Numbered from the stretch's first letter, positions 1 through 15,482 are shown. The stretch: DNA of 64,000 nt from Takakia lepidozioides (GCA_030704615.1 CM060734.1:9300001-9364000); one strand, 5' to 3'. Program-made: numbers and translations. Notes: generated by a model from the letters alone, not told the origin.

Positions 1-1319
1 CAAATGACGTTTTCACATAATTGAAATTTCAATGGTACAGTGGTGATTGAGAGGAGGAAGAGGGCAATTTTGTTGGTACCAACAAGGCATGAAAGGTCAT
101 CCCTGTTTCATTGGACTTCCCTTTTCTCGCTTGTGTATGAGTCTATGAGGCCACCTTCAAGGCCATCTTGCTCTGCCTAATAATTAGTTCAGCGGAATTC
201 CTCAAAATTATCAAGGCCCTTTCAAGCCTCTTGCTCCTCTTAACCACCAGTGTAACCCTTGGTAATGGCGACCTTGGCTTTATTACCCTATCTATATAGT
301 CGACCCATAATTCAAGTCTATGGCTGTTGACACCAACATGCCCAGGCTGCAGTAGACTACTGTCAAAAATCAGGTGTTATCCACAACTGTAGAGGGATTA
401 GGAGTAAATCTATAGAGCTCCTTCAACATACTTAGCATAAACACCCCTTCCTAGCCAAAGAACTGCTGAGTGGACTCCAAGAGATTGGAAGCTGTAAGGA
501 TATTGTTTGGCAACCATTATTGGGATGATCAGTGTTGATAGTACGCTAAAGTATGGGAAGAATCCCTGGCCGAGGGAGGGGCATCTTTGTCTTCCCATAA
601 CTCCTTGTAACATGTAATCTCTTTATCACCTCACAAACCATCTTGCAAGGGCTTGTAGACGTGGCCAGAATCATCCACAAGTGAGACCAAGCGCCCCTCT
701 GCAGCCCCTCCAAATTGAATGCAAAAATCATGAGGTGCAAAGCATAGGCCCAAACCAACACTGCTTTCCTATAGATAATTCACTTTCTTCAGTATTATAA
801 ATGCTTCGAGACCAATATATATACTTATATGCTCTGACAGTCCATGGACGTCACCACAAATACAAAGGTGTTGTTCTTAAGTTTAAGACGTCTACCACAT
901 ATAAGAATGGGAAGGCAAGTACTGAGTACTATTGGAGTGTGGCCCTGGAGGATTGGACTTGCATTGGTCAAGAAGGAAGCTAAAGTTGCCCGAAGTCTTC
1001 GCCCCTGCAGGGGAATATGCTCATGTAAAATGCAACTGGGATTTCTTCTTGAGCCTAACCAGAAGGCTTGTAGTAGCGCCTCTGCCATGCATCACTGTCA
1101 GGGTAAAAATCCCTGCTGAAAATGATGGAGTACATGATGAACTGAATTGAAGTAAGACCTATATGTCTTATTGACCAAGATACAGTTACGTAGATTCACC
1201 TTCAAATCACTTTCAGGAAGAATAACCCGCCTCTAAGGCAATGTTCAATGTCGAGAATTGGCTGCCATGCCCACTGATATGTTGGAACTACCCACTCTTC
1301 ATGTTTCAGCACTTATTAT

Positions 1320-3188
1320 TTAGTGTACCAATTCTGGTATTACCCCGGAGGAAAAATACTCCAAGGTCAAACCGGATCTTTCCTTTTTGAGAGTGTTTGG
1401 TTGCACTGCTTATGTGCATATTCCCAAAGAAGAAAGAGGAAAGATGGAGGCCAGGTCTAGAAAATGTATCTTTCTGGGATACGACACAAATTCAAAAGCC
1501 TACAGATGTTTTGACTCAGTGAAGAAAAAAATTGTTATCTCCAGAGACGTGGTCTTTGATGAGAGTTCATTGCAGATCTTTGATCGCAACCTCTCGACCA
1601 CACCAGAGGTAATTACAGGCCTTGGGGATTTCATCCCACCATCTCCAGGGAACTTAGTTCCTCCTCAAGAAAAGGAGACTACTCCTCAAGGTGACACCCC
1701 TCCATATCAACCAGTGATTCGTCATACAATCATTGTACATGATCCATTCATAGAGACAGATGGGAGTACGCATGAGGAAGGGTCCACTCCGGCACCCGAG
1801 GATGTAAATCCAACTCAAGAAACTGCAATAAATATTCCAACTAATCAGGAGACTACAGTAAATATTCCAATTGATCAGGAGACTGCATTAAATATTCCAA
1901 CTGATCAGGAGACTGCGGTGCCAGCACCTCAACGATATCCGACTCGTGAAAGACATGCACCTGATTGGCACAAGGATTATGTCATCTCTGGAATCACAAA
2001 GCCTGCAGCTCATGCAATCACCGTCACCACTTCCGAGGAACCTGTGATTTTTGAACATGCATGCAAGGATCCAGCTTGGATCACTGCTATGATCGAGAAA
2101 ATGCGCAGTATTGATCGAAACTCTACATGATATCTGGTAGACCTTCCAAGAGGAACGAAGCCCATTAGTGCAAAATAAGTTTACAAGCCGAAACAAGGCT
2201 TAGGTGAAGCTCAACCAATCTACAAAGCTCAGTTGGTGGCTCGTGGATTTGAGCAACGTCAAGGAGTGGACTACGAGGAAACGTTCGCCCCAGTGGTCAA
2301 GTGGAGCACTTTGAGAGCTCTAGTGGCCCTTGCAGCTCAACGGAACTGGCCCACGTATCACATGGATGTTAAAACAACATTTCCAACGGTCACCTAAAGC
2401 AGTTGGTCTACATGCTGCAGCCACAAGGTTTCATCGTCCAAGGAAAAGAGAGCAAGATATGCAGACTCAACAAAGCACTCTACGGACTGAAGCAAGCTCC
2501 CCGTGAATGGTATGAAATAATAGACGCCTATCTTAAAGCTCAAGGTCTACATAGGAGTAATGCAGACTACAATCTATATTATTGTATAGAAGATGGAAAG
2601 ATTATGGTTATTGTCCTGTATGTAGACGACCTTCTCATTACTGGAGATCATGCTAAGAAAATCGAGTGGATACAGACATAGCTAAGCAAAAGGTTGGACA
2701 TGACAAACATAGGCCTCATGAATCATTATCTCCGCATTGAGTTTATCTATTTTGTAGTGGAATCTTTATGATACAGAGAGTCCATGTATTGCAGCTATTG
2801 GAACAGTTTGGCATGTCAAACTGTAATCCAGCCTCAACACATATGCTAGAGCAAGTAAAATTGGTAGCTAACATGGGGGCAGCTCCCGCTGACACACTCC
2901 TCTATCAGACCATGGTAGGAAAGCTAATTCATCTTACAAACACTAGGCCTGACATTGCTTTTGCGGTAGGAGTGATCAGCCGTTTCATGACAGCCCCCCA
3001 GGAGGCTCATATGGCTGCAGCCAAGCATGTTCTTAGATACCTCAAGGGTACAGTAGAATTTGGGTTGTTTTATGGAAAAGGGGGAGAAACGAAGATAACA
3101 GGGTTTACCGACGCTGACTGGGCTGGAGATTCGGACACCAGAAGGTCCACAACAGGCCACGTTTTTTACTTGGGATGAGCCCTATTGT
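1320..3188 (+). mobile_element. Ty1/copia retrotransposon pol relic (integrase C-terminus, RT, start of RNase H), degenerate and truncated at both ends
   Basis: LRVFGCTAYVHIP...CIFLGY (integrase tail), KAQLVARGFEQRQGVDYEETFAPV, LYGLKQAPREW, YVDDLL (RT), FTDADWAGD..RRSTTG (RNase H). Several in-frame stops and frameshifts. Ends abruptly at about 3188; no LTR seen. Confidence 0.95.
1813..1917 (+). repeat. 30-bp in-frame tandem repeat (about 3.5 copies) in the copia integrase-RT linker
   Basis: Encodes QETAINIPTN/QETTVNIPID/QETALNIPTD/QETA. Confidence 0.85.
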
Positions 3189-3985
3189 CAAATACTCGAT
3201 GTGCATCGACAAAACTCTCACATTTGGCATACATATCAGCAGGAGAATCACATCTCGAGCAATCCCAGCTTTCATGATGTTACCATGAATCCCATTGCAC
3301 TTTTCCAGGGCTCCAACGATGGCGCATGCATTGAGAATGCAAGTGACTGTGACCTTGTCAGGTGTGACCGCTTCCTGTATCATTTACTTGTAGATCTCTA
3401 CAGCCTCCCTATCACAGCTGAGCATATCCTGCAATCATAGTGGTCCATGAAATGATGTTTCCTCTAACCATACTGTCAAATACTTCCCGTGCCTCCCTTA
3501 CACTCCCACACTTAGCATACATGTCAGCAAGGGAAATCTCTAGAACAACATCTGATGCATTTTCAGCTTTAATAATCTCTGCATAGACCCCTCTGCCCCT
3601 TTCCAGGACTCCTCGGCTTGCACGCACATTGAGAATGCACATGATTGTGACTTTATCACGTACCACTCCTTGTCCTATCATTTGCTGATACATCTCGAAT
3701 ACCTCCTCCTGAGCATATCCTGTGATCATGGCGCTCCATAAGACCACATTTTATCTAGCCATATTGTTGAACACTTGACGCACATCCCTCATGCTCCCAC
3801 ATTTCACATACATGTCAGCAAGTCTCCACAACAATATCTGGCGCAATTCCAGCTTTGATGATGCCATTATGAACCTCTTACCCATTTTCCAGCACTCATA
3901 GACTGGCACATGCCTTGAGAACACAAATGAATGTCACCTTCTCTATGACCTCCCTATGACAATCATGTTGGGCATATCCTGCGGA
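3189..3985 (-). pseudogene. PLS-class pentatricopeptide repeat (PPR) pseudogene segment
   Basis: WSAMITGYAQ, DKVTIMCILN, LADMYAKCGSVREAREVFDSM..NIISWTTMIAGYAQ, PDKVTVTCILNACA..ALEK..IH. Broken by frameshifts and deletions. Confidence 0.9.
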
Positions 3986-4952
3986 CAACATCCACAATCC
4001 CTCTTTATTCATCCACAAAGAGCTTCATCTCTTTCAGTAGGTGACCTAACTGATGAAAATTGAGAGAAAAATGCAACTCCACCAAGACATCTACTGATGC
4101 TCATGCTATTCAAGAACAATACATGGAAATGTTCAGTATGGCATCCCAGTCTGTTATCTTGCACACCATTACGGCTTCTCAAAGTTATCAAACCTCTAAA
4201 GTTCGGTTGCATTAAACAGTGGATGTGGTTGTTGTGAGCTAGGCCTACCATCTGTGGTTGATTGACCAAAGCCTAACCCAGCAAGCAAGGAGCTGCTCTC
4301 ATCACCGAATCCAAGTTTACCCATCAGTTCCTTGACCCGTAGCTTGAGTCTTATCTATGCATAACAGCACTCAGAATCTAACCCTTGCTCATCATGGCAG
4401 AGACATTTAGACCTCATTTCTCTTGTTCTTTGTTATTCATTATTCTTCTATCGGTGTTCCCTGGAGTCTTCTGCAGAATGCAATAAATTCCTTATTCTTT
4501 CTCTAGCTGAGGTCTTAGCATAGAGAAGTTGATATGCTATTTACTCCAAATAGGTTTTGATATTTTGTACAACAGCAGGTCTTATCCGTATTCATAGAGT
4601 TGTCAGTTGAAATTGGCCGTTTGCCTCACTGACACATATACATATAATTTCCCATTTACATAAATCACAATGATGACTCAAACAATTCTAAGGTAGATAG
4701 TCACATCAATTAGCAGTAGTGGAATAGCAGAAGTCCAGCCTTTTCTCTTCAAAGGCACATCAGAAAGAGAGAAGAGGGGCCTTACAAGAGTTTCCAAGGA
4801 CGATGCACTCCTGTACACTGCTACTCCAACTCGCCTCATTGCACATCTTTGCCCTGATTCAATGTTATTTCCCCACCTGACCACGTTCTTGCCAACCACC
4901 CCAATTCTTGGTTTGTGATAAAGTTAACATCCACTTTACATCAGGCATTCAC

Positions 4953-5925
4953 CTTTTGGCCTCGGTTGTCCCACCATTGACTGGGGTCAGAAAAGTATTC
5001 TTTCCACACCTTCTCCTCGTCTCTGTTACCTGTATCTGGATACTTTCCTGTTGTCATATTGGTAGTATCATGTCAAAGTCACCATTGCAGAATTCAACAT
5101 GGAATTAGGGCCGGTTCTGATAAGAGAAAAAAACAGGGTGAAATGTGTTGAAAAAAATGCCTTCAGTAACATGCCTGATTTTATCAACTGTGCCGCTGCT
5201 GCTGCGGCTTCCAGTTGACCATCTACCCATGCAGGTTTCTTCCAGCTATCGATGCACAGGAAACCATAGCTAATCTTGAGCTTAAAATCCAGCCCTCTTG
5301 AATGAATCTAAACCCACACTCTACCCCTGCTTCTTCAGCTATCCATGCTCTGCACAAATCATGCATACATCCTTGCAAACACCCCAACCCTACTTATTAC
5401 AGTAATTCCAATTCAGAATTGCATCTACTCCTCTCGTAATCCAACAGGCATGCACCTTTTTGTCTCCATTGTCCCACCATTCACTGGGGTCGGAAAAGTG
5501 TTCATTCCAAAGCTTTCCTCATCTATGTTATCTGTTTTTGGGTACTTTCCTACTGCCACATCTATAGTAACGTATTAAAGTCAATCCAAACCACCACAGA
5601 TCCAGCCAACGAGCTAACTTATAGAATCCAATATCCAAATTCAAGACCGAGTCTGATGAGAGTGCAAAACAGGCTGAAAAGAAAAAGATGCCCTCACCAC
5701 ATTGTCATTGACCTTGTGTCATGACCCATGACCATCAACCCAAAAGGACCTCTTGTGTGTGCTGCTTGTGTGTGTATCTGTGAGAACACGGTACTAACAA
5801 GAAGAGCCAAGAGCCCACATCTGCAAGATGGACAAACTTCTTCACATCGTACATTAAGAGAAAGCCCACATCTTGCGATTGCGGTTGTCCCACCATCGTG
5901 AATAATCTTTAAAAAACTTATGCCA
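4953..5925 (-). pseudogene. Three degenerate OSB-type 'PDF' ssDNA-binding motifs on short exons, upstream of and co-oriented with the PPR relic
   Basis: Manual minus-strand translation: WHKFFKDYSRWWDNRNRK (5925-5872), WNEHFSDPSEWWDNGDKK|gt (5512-5456), ag|IHSRGLDFKLKISYGFLCIDSWKKPAWVDGQL (about 5308-5205), VWKEYFSDPSQWWDNRGQK|gt (about 5010-4953). These match the W..FF..P..WWDNR..K.NP..PDFKHK....LW.....P.WV...L pattern. Confidence 0.75.
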
Positions 5926-8072
5926 GCTCTGCCCCCAAAATACGAGTTCACCAATTGCTATGAAGCCCGAGAGTACCTAAACTCGATGTCCACGGCCTGC
6001 ACACAATTCCCATCATACTCCTTGCCACGGTCACCATGTAGCAACAGATGCAGACACGGATGTCATTCATTAAAAGACAAAATATTCTATTAACAGCTGT
6101 CTCGATCGAATTGAAAGTGTAATCAAAAGTATCGGTGCTAAACAAGCCACAAGCAGGTGAACCCTTTGCGTAGTCCTGCCTTGAGAAGGTTGTTTTATTC
6201 CGCTTTGTCTTGTAACTCATCCAAGTGGATGAATGTGGGCATATTAAGAAGATCATCCACCGGTTAAGCTTGGGAGCTAGTTCTCCCCGCCGTTAAGAGT
6301 GGTTCCCTGCAAAAAAGGACGTTCCCACTAGTTTTTGTGTTCCCCTAGAGATGCCTGTGTGATCTTTGGAATCCCCTCGAGATTCTCTAATCTTAGGTGT
6401 TTTTCTTTATTTTCTGTTTTAATTATTATTTGTTATTATTTAGTTGCATTGTTTAAAGCTGGTAATTAGAGCCATTGTGAACTAACTTATCCGGACCCCC
6501 TTAAAATCAAAATTTGAGTTTTAAGGAGTGATTTGAACCCTCTAAAAGGTAGGCTTGAATTCAATCACCCAGGAGTGGAGGGGCATTCGGAAAGGGTCTT
6601 TACCCTTCCTCCCTAAACTCGGTTAAGCACTTTGGGAAGAGGCTTGAACTGATTCGCCCCGGCTATAAGCACCTCTTGAGTTTAGGCTTGTAGGATTTAG
6701 TAATTGGAAGGCAATAAAAAATCATAAAAATACATAAAAATATTGTAGGACTAGGAAATGCAATCTCGCCCTGTAAGGAAGAGGCATCGACTTCTCTCCT
6801 TGCCGGTAGGACTTAGATTTGGTATTCGAGAATGATGAACAGATGCTAACCAATGAATTTTTCCATAGATTGACTGACTTACCAAGTGGGTGTAAGGAAA
6901 ATATAATTAGTATGGATACCAGTATCCCCAGATAGCAGCTCCTGCACGGATGGAGTGACTGCCTACAAATGTCCATAGTGGAACCCACAAGAAATGAAAA
7001 AAATGTAGAATGTTTGTCTTCCCATCAACAGACCCAACAACACAAAAATGCAGCAGAAATATGTCCATGGCGACCTACACTTACCAACAATTTGGCTCAA
7101 AGAATGATACAGAGAAAAGAAAATATGTCCACAGAAGGCCCAAAGACATAGGGGACACATGGAAAAATTATGAGTTACTGAAAGAATCATTGGATACACC
7201 TAAGACTTACAATTTCCGCATCTGACAACATATGCAAGGGATTGAACGTGAGGGGGAGAACTCTTACCATGGAATTCGCTGTCGATTTAGGCTGATTTCA
7301 AGCATGCTTAGACAAAAAATCCATGTCGTCACAGAGATCCTTCCCAAAGGACTTAGGAAGCCCGGCAGCTACACGCTCCACATAGGAGAGCTTCCAATAA
7401 TCCAGAGTCCCCGTTGAGTATAGTTGATGATCTTTTATCTGTCGGTACAACTTGAGTATTGCAACCTCAGTTCTCTAGTTCATTCCATTGTTGACATACT
7501 TACATTTCAATATTCTATTTATTCTTTGTGTCCGTGGGTGACAGGGGTTCGGCACGAACAGGAGGGTTGAAGGTCTAAAACTATGTTATGCAGGGGAATG
7601 TATGCGGTCACCAAATATTTTTATTATGGTGCAAGATGTGTATGTGGCTATAATTTTTCTGCCCAAAATTACATTTGCAATGGAGTTTGTTATATTCCAT
7701 TACGATGCCCTATCAGTCTACATCAATTTTATAAAGGATTAGAGGCGAATAATATGGGTCCACAGCCTGCGACCTTGCGCTTGTGTCTCTCAATTGATGT
7801 ACTTTGAAATACGATCCATTGGGCCACCACGGCCCTAACTTTGCCGGGTGGGGCCGCGACCGCCCTTTGATGTGTCGGGCCCGCGGCGATCTATTCAAAT
7901 ATCGACGAGGGGGTTCATAAAAGTCCGGTGGTTACAACAGCGATGGGTGCACCAATCCCGCAGCGCAGCACCACCCTTGCAACTCGCACAATATCTCAGA
8001 CGCGCGTCTTGGAAAACGCCGCGTGGAACACAATGCTCAGGTAACCCTAGAAACTAATAGAGCGTTACGTAT

Positions 8073-8292
8073 AGTGTAATGCCCTGAGTGGAGGGCATTC
8101 CCGGATTTGAGGGCACCGGCCTGAATGGCGGTAGCTTGAGGGAAGGCTCGAAAATCTGGGAATGCCTTCCACTCGGCGCATTACACTGCATAAAGCACGT
8201 GCAACAAAAAGGTACAAAAAGGTACGGCGGGCATTACACCGAGTGTAATGCACCAGCCTCGCTGCCCAGTGCATTATAGGGGAGTGTAATGC
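8073..8292. repeat. Foldback/inverted repeat with reiterated GTGTAATGC/GCATTACAC motifs upstream of beta-tubulin
   Basis: 36-bp imperfect inverted arms at 8073-8108 and 8152-8187, plus shorter palindromes at about 8226-8258 and 8271-8292. Confidence 0.7.
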
Positions 8293-8609
8293 CCCGCCCG
8301 GCCAAGCGATGAATTCTGGTATTTGATGGCACGATAAATACAAAGAGAAAAAATGCAAAGTGCTTTATGATTTACTCAGCCTTCTTCGTCTTCCCGCGCT
8401 GTGCTTCTTGGGATTACCTCTTCCTCAAAGCTGACTCCTTCACCTCCTCTTTCCCACATCAAGGCGCGGGGGCTTGAGCTGTTCTTGCGCTGCCGTTGTA
8501 GCGATTGTGTGTTGATCTCAGCCTTAGGACATCGTCGTTCGTTCTTCGTTGTTTGCTTGACGTTGGTTGTGTTTCTTGCTTGTGTTCAGTCTCTTTTTTT
8601 CACGCGAAA

Positions 8610-10728
<2,119 letters not shown>

Positions 10729-11335
10729 GAGTTTGATGCCCTGGAGGAGTTTACTTTTTGAGTGGGTCCGAGTATTATATGCCATGAATCAGAGATCTTT
10801 GATAACAAGTTAGTTCGAAGTCTGGATTAGATGGCACAGTTGAGTATATAGGGAGGAGGGTAGGACCTCATCTTGTAACATGCACACATACCTGATGATT
10901 TATCCCCAGCCATCTTGGTGTGAGTTAATGCGATGTATACACATCCAGGCCTCATTTTCTTGTGATCATGCATTTTCCTCTGTTTGGCCAGATTAGGAGT
11001 GTCGGTGAGGTCTGTGACAGGAGACCACAGGTGAAAAAATTTCATGAACTGCTTGGAACTTTTCCCATTACACTGCTGAATGTGTTTGCATCCAAATTGT
11101 CATTTACGTGTGAGTGGTTTGAAACAGTTTGTTCCAAGCTCTTCTGAAGGTCTTCCACTTGTGGGCAGCACAAAGGAGAGCTGGAGGGTTTCCTCTGTCC
11201 TATGAGGTCTGTACTCTGATTTGACCATGCATGGTGTAGTTATTCTCTTGGAGTCTATTTTAAGTTGATGCACATGAACCTTTAATCATGTCGAAGAGCA
11301 GACTGAAAAGGGCCTGCAGTGACATAGCACTCATA

Positions 11336-12578
11336 GAGCCGGGTACCATGGGCACTCCCAATAGCCCCCCCAAGCAACCGCCCCAGGAGGGAATCGCCCC
11401 TTAAAAATGAGAAAGGGTGGTTTCATGGACACCTTTCCGTTCACCCCTCCAAAATCTTGGCACCAATTGCCATGTGGGCCCATGACATAGTAAATGATAA
11501 TTATTCCAAAATTATTGAATCTATCCCTGATTCTTGGAAGATCACACTAGGGGGGGTAAGGATCAGCCCAGACCTCACCCATGGTTTACATCTCCTGTCC
11601 CAGAAATCCCAATAGTCTACATCACGGACATGGAGAATGATTCTACCAACTCCTTCCGGGGCTATGGGTTCCAAGCGGACACATTCTCTGGTTCTCTCTC
11701 TCTTCACTCCTGCCAGAAGATCTATATTCAAAATCCTTCCGCTCGGCCAGCCAGGATATGTCATTGGTCAAAAGCTACCAAAAACTTCAACCCAATGGCG
11801 CCTATGGATAGACCACTGCTCTCTTGGCTGGCAGCTGGTATTTGTCTGCAACCCACTCAGGCCCTGCAACTTGACCCTGCTGAATGGAGGTGGGCATTTG
11901 GTGCAAACCTAGACCCCTTTTTTAGTTTCACAGCCAAAAGGGCATACAGAGCTCTGTGGAACGCCGCACCCCTCACTCAAAAATGGGATGACAAATGGGG
12001 GCACGTTTTTTCGGTCTTCTCTGGAGGCTCTATGGAACCCGCTGGACCCTGGGCTATCCTCGAGTTTATCGCTCCTGGATTGCTGATCATATGTTATCAG
12101 TTGTCGGATTCTCCGTTACGGGTTACCATTCAGGCCTTATGGCAGCCTTCGGGCCTATAAGGGTTTTAATTTTTCTCCCTTCAATAATTCAAATAAAGTT
12201 AATTGAGGCCACTGTCCCTCTTTCACCTTTTTTTCAAAAAAAATGATAATTAATATAAGTTTTAGATGAAGGTGTCAAAAATAATTTCATCTCCTAAAAT
12301 CTAACTTACTTTGGATGGAAATCAATAGCATTTTGTAAGGCTGTGGGCTCCGCTATAGGAAAAGACAAAGGTGAAAAGACAAAGGTGTCAGTTGGGGGCG
12401 CTCCACAAAACTTGATCGCCCTATGTCTTTTTTGCGCCCAATAGCCAGGGGCAATTCCGTGGGGGCGCCCCTTACATAATATTCTATCTAAGCCAATAGC
12501 ACCTCTTTAATCATGGGGGCGATTCACGTAGGGGCGCTTCACGTAGGGGCGCTTGCAGCTACCCATGGAACCCGGCTC
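11336..12578. mobile_element. Non-autonomous TIR DNA transposon, PIF/Harbinger-like
   Basis: 17-bp TIRs GAGCCGGGTACCATGGG / revcomp GAGCCGGGTTCCATGGG (1 mismatch), 3-bp TSD ATA (11333-11335 and 12579-12581), subterminal GGGGCG repeats. Confidence 0.75.
11470..12150 (+). mobile_element. LINE (L1-like) ORF2 C-terminal fragment inside the Harbinger-like element
   Basis: Trp-rich segment WRWAFG....FFSFTAKRAYRALW....KW..KWG, resembling the FSVKSAY region preceding zf-RVT. Frameshifted. Confidence 0.55.
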
Positions 12579-12606
12579 ATAGCCTCCTTCACTTTTTCTC
12601 ACTTGA

Positions 12607-12760
12607 GCAGGCAGCCCAGCGGTTGGGAGTTTGTGTTTGGCCTGGGCATAACCAGGATGATCCTAGTTGAATCCTTCAACCGTCCATAGGGCCCTCAAAG
12701 ACCTGTCCGTTGAGTTGTAGGCTCTGTAAATTCGCATGACGTTAAACATACTGTAATCTT
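12607..12760 (+). mobile_element. Possible degenerate tRNA-derived SINE
   Basis: A-box-like GGCAGCCCAGCGGTTGG and B-box-like TAGTTGAATCC at tRNA-like spacing. Weak. Confidence 0.3.
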
Positions 12761-14001
12761 TTACATTAAGCGTTTTGCTGCGGTTAATTTGGCGGGTTGT
12801 TTTATGCATGATGTTTGCTAAGCTTTTAGTGCATGTTCAGTTAAGGGATGTAACTAGCATGTCAGTTATAAGCCGGATTGCATCAGTCTCATCAGTTGGA
12901 TTTTCATCAGTACCAAAAATCAATGAAGGATGGTATTTCTCTCAATCTGCCTGACGAAGTTGCCTGGAAATATGAGGAAGTGTTGAGCGGATATATCTTT
13001 TACCCAGAAATACCCGCTGGGTATCAATCCTGATATTGTAGAGTTAAAAAGAGGGGTCCCTGTACTTCTTGCTATCACACATGCCACTTAGTCAGTCCTT
13101 GAGGAATAGATGATGTTGCAGCGAAAGAAGAAAACAACATCTACACCCCTAGTTCCTACCTTTGTCTAAGTTCCACACTCTGAAGGTCATCCATTCTCTT
13201 TCATTTTTTCCTTTCTTAATTTCCTTTCCGCTCATCCACATGACGGGGAGTCAGCGCTGAATGGTTCGTCTCATCCGTATGCCTGCATGCTTGTCCTTCG
13301 CGGTCCTGATGTCACCTTCCTTCTTTCATCAGGTGGTGCTACATGATACTCTCCACTCGAATTATTATTTCGCAAGTGCTCAACACTAGAAACTGCCCTC
13401 ATGCATTCTAATCTAGCCTATCTATATTACACCCTTTTGCTGAATGCTCACTGTTGTGTAACCAAGACTTCTATTTCATGATGCTCCTAACTATTTCCCC
13501 ATGAACTCAAATCAACACAGCAAGGAACAAGTTACCCCATCACTCTACTGCACAATGCCCATCCTCATACAATCCTCCTCCATGTCGTCACAACTCGTAC
13601 GGAAAAGAGAGCTTCTCCTACCTTCCTCCTCGGCCATGCCACCAGTCGGCCATGCTCCACCGACGTCCGTAAACTTTGGATAACTTGGCCGATTTGGCCG
13701 GGACATGGAAGTTGGCCCTAAATCCTCTTCAGCCAGCCTTATCCACCGGACGTAATTCTCCATGCTAGTGCCACGTGATTATTTACTAAGACCATTCATG
13801 GCAAGACTGCGGGTATCATATGTCTTAGTTTAGCGCCTATCTTCTATAAGAATCTGCCAGCTACTAGGTGATAACTAGTTGGATGAACTATACCAGTGTC
13901 ATCCAATCTACAAACTGCATGCTCATTGAATGTGTTGGCGTGTCTACATCATTTGATAACATGTATGGTGTTTGTTTTTAAACAGACAATGTCTACTGTA
14001 G

Positions 14002-15473
14002 GATTTATGCTATGCCAATGTTCACTCGTGATCTCAGGGCAGAGAGAATGTAAACCTTTTATCTTTTTGGTATTCAAGTCCAAGGATAGAACTACATTGT
14101 AGAGGGAGAGCCTTATGAGAATGGGTCTGGTATGCACTCCCTTACGGGGTGAGTGCATACCACACTCACTCCATAAGGGACTGCCATGCCAGGGGTTGGA
14201 TGGTGGGCGCCCCCTCTCTCCCTCTCTCTCCCTCTCTCCAATTATCTGTTTGGGATTAACAAATTTTTTCCTAGCCTACCTGGTTTGGAAATACCTTCTT
14301 TCTAATCCCTGATGGAATATGTTTTGAATTTCATCCATACCGGATGAAAAATTTGCCAGGTATAATCCCTAACTGGATGAATTATTGTCTTGAGCTTTAC
14401 CACTAAGGATGTAGCCTGCAATTCTTCATCCATGACGGATTACATCCATCATGGATGTTACCCTAACGGATGTAAACCTAAGAGGATGTAACTCTAATGA
14501 AGTGCAAAATTTCATCCCAATGGATGAAATCACATGATGGTTTGCTAACAGCCTCTCTACCCTAAGCACGGCACGATACTCGTGCTTGTTTTCTCTGGAG
14601 GATGGCGATGGCGGCTGAGCTGAGTGCTCGAGCATCACGATCCGCGTGCATTTTGTTTTTTCTTGCGCGATGGCGGCAGGCCCTTCCATTTCCCGCACTG
14701 GCAAATGACCTACTGCTGTGTTTGCATGCAATCTTTCTTATTCATGAAGCAGCAGCGCTCATAAGGTGATGGGGGAAGTATCATGCACTTTGTAAATATG
14801 CAATTGTCCTCAAGTATCCCAATTTGTTGCATTCTGCTGCGATCTCTTGAGATTCAGGTGTTGAATGCCGCAGCGTCCCACTCCACAAACGATTAAAGTT
14901 CTTTGTGGTGTCGCATCTATGTTTTACTTTTGATCAATTTATGCATGTTGGACATGGATAGCAACTGTGAAGACCTGCTACTCACCTCGTGCATCCTCAC
15001 TAACACACATCTTGATGTGGTGGTTTTTGGGACGGGCACAGGTGAGGGTCTTCACTTGATGTGTATTTTTTTTCAGTTTGCAGATGATCAAAGGACTTGG
15101 CGATGGTGACGATTGACGCTACATACTGCTTCAGTGGGGCATCTGATACGATTCGGCCTCTCAACCTTAATCCTTTTTGGTTTTTATGGGTTGTAACCTG
15201 ATTATAAGTCAGTTTTCTGGTATGATACCAGTCTGAACTTTGGCACCATATTAGTGGGGTTTTCGACCCGATTGTAAATCAGTTTTCTGGCATGATACCA
15301 GTCTGAGCTTCGGCTGCATTTTGATATGGTGCTGGAGTACCATCTCCAGACCTTATAAGGCTATCCAATGATGCTTAAGATAGGCCTTCTTATGCTGATT
15401 TAACACGGTAAGTACCAAGCGGTAGTTTTTGAACATTGAGGTCAGAGTTCTAAATTTAAAACAGCCCTGGTTA
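14002..15473 (-). repeat. Repeat family R, inverted partial copy
   Basis: Reverse complement of about 37390-38861; near-identical. Confidence 0.9.
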
Positions 15474-15482
15474 AAACAGCCT

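Noticed and set aside
1-1310. Short ORFs on both strands before the copia relic
   Set aside because: No recognisable motif or consistent frame; probably decayed TE or gene sequence.
6260-7600. Possible LTR/PBS-like sequences (TTGGTATTCGAG at about 6820; GGCACGAACAGGAGGG at about 7550)
   Set aside because: The PBS matches are imperfect and no LTR pair or gag could be defined.
8505-8609. N-terminal extension of the tubulin ORF in the ORF track, and antisense ORFs 8924-9586 and 10269-10643
   Set aside because: The canonical MREI start is at 8610; the others are non-ATG-start or antisense shadows.
13200-13990. ORFs 13545-13763 and neighbours
   Set aside because: Short, stop-ridden, and without identifiable homology.
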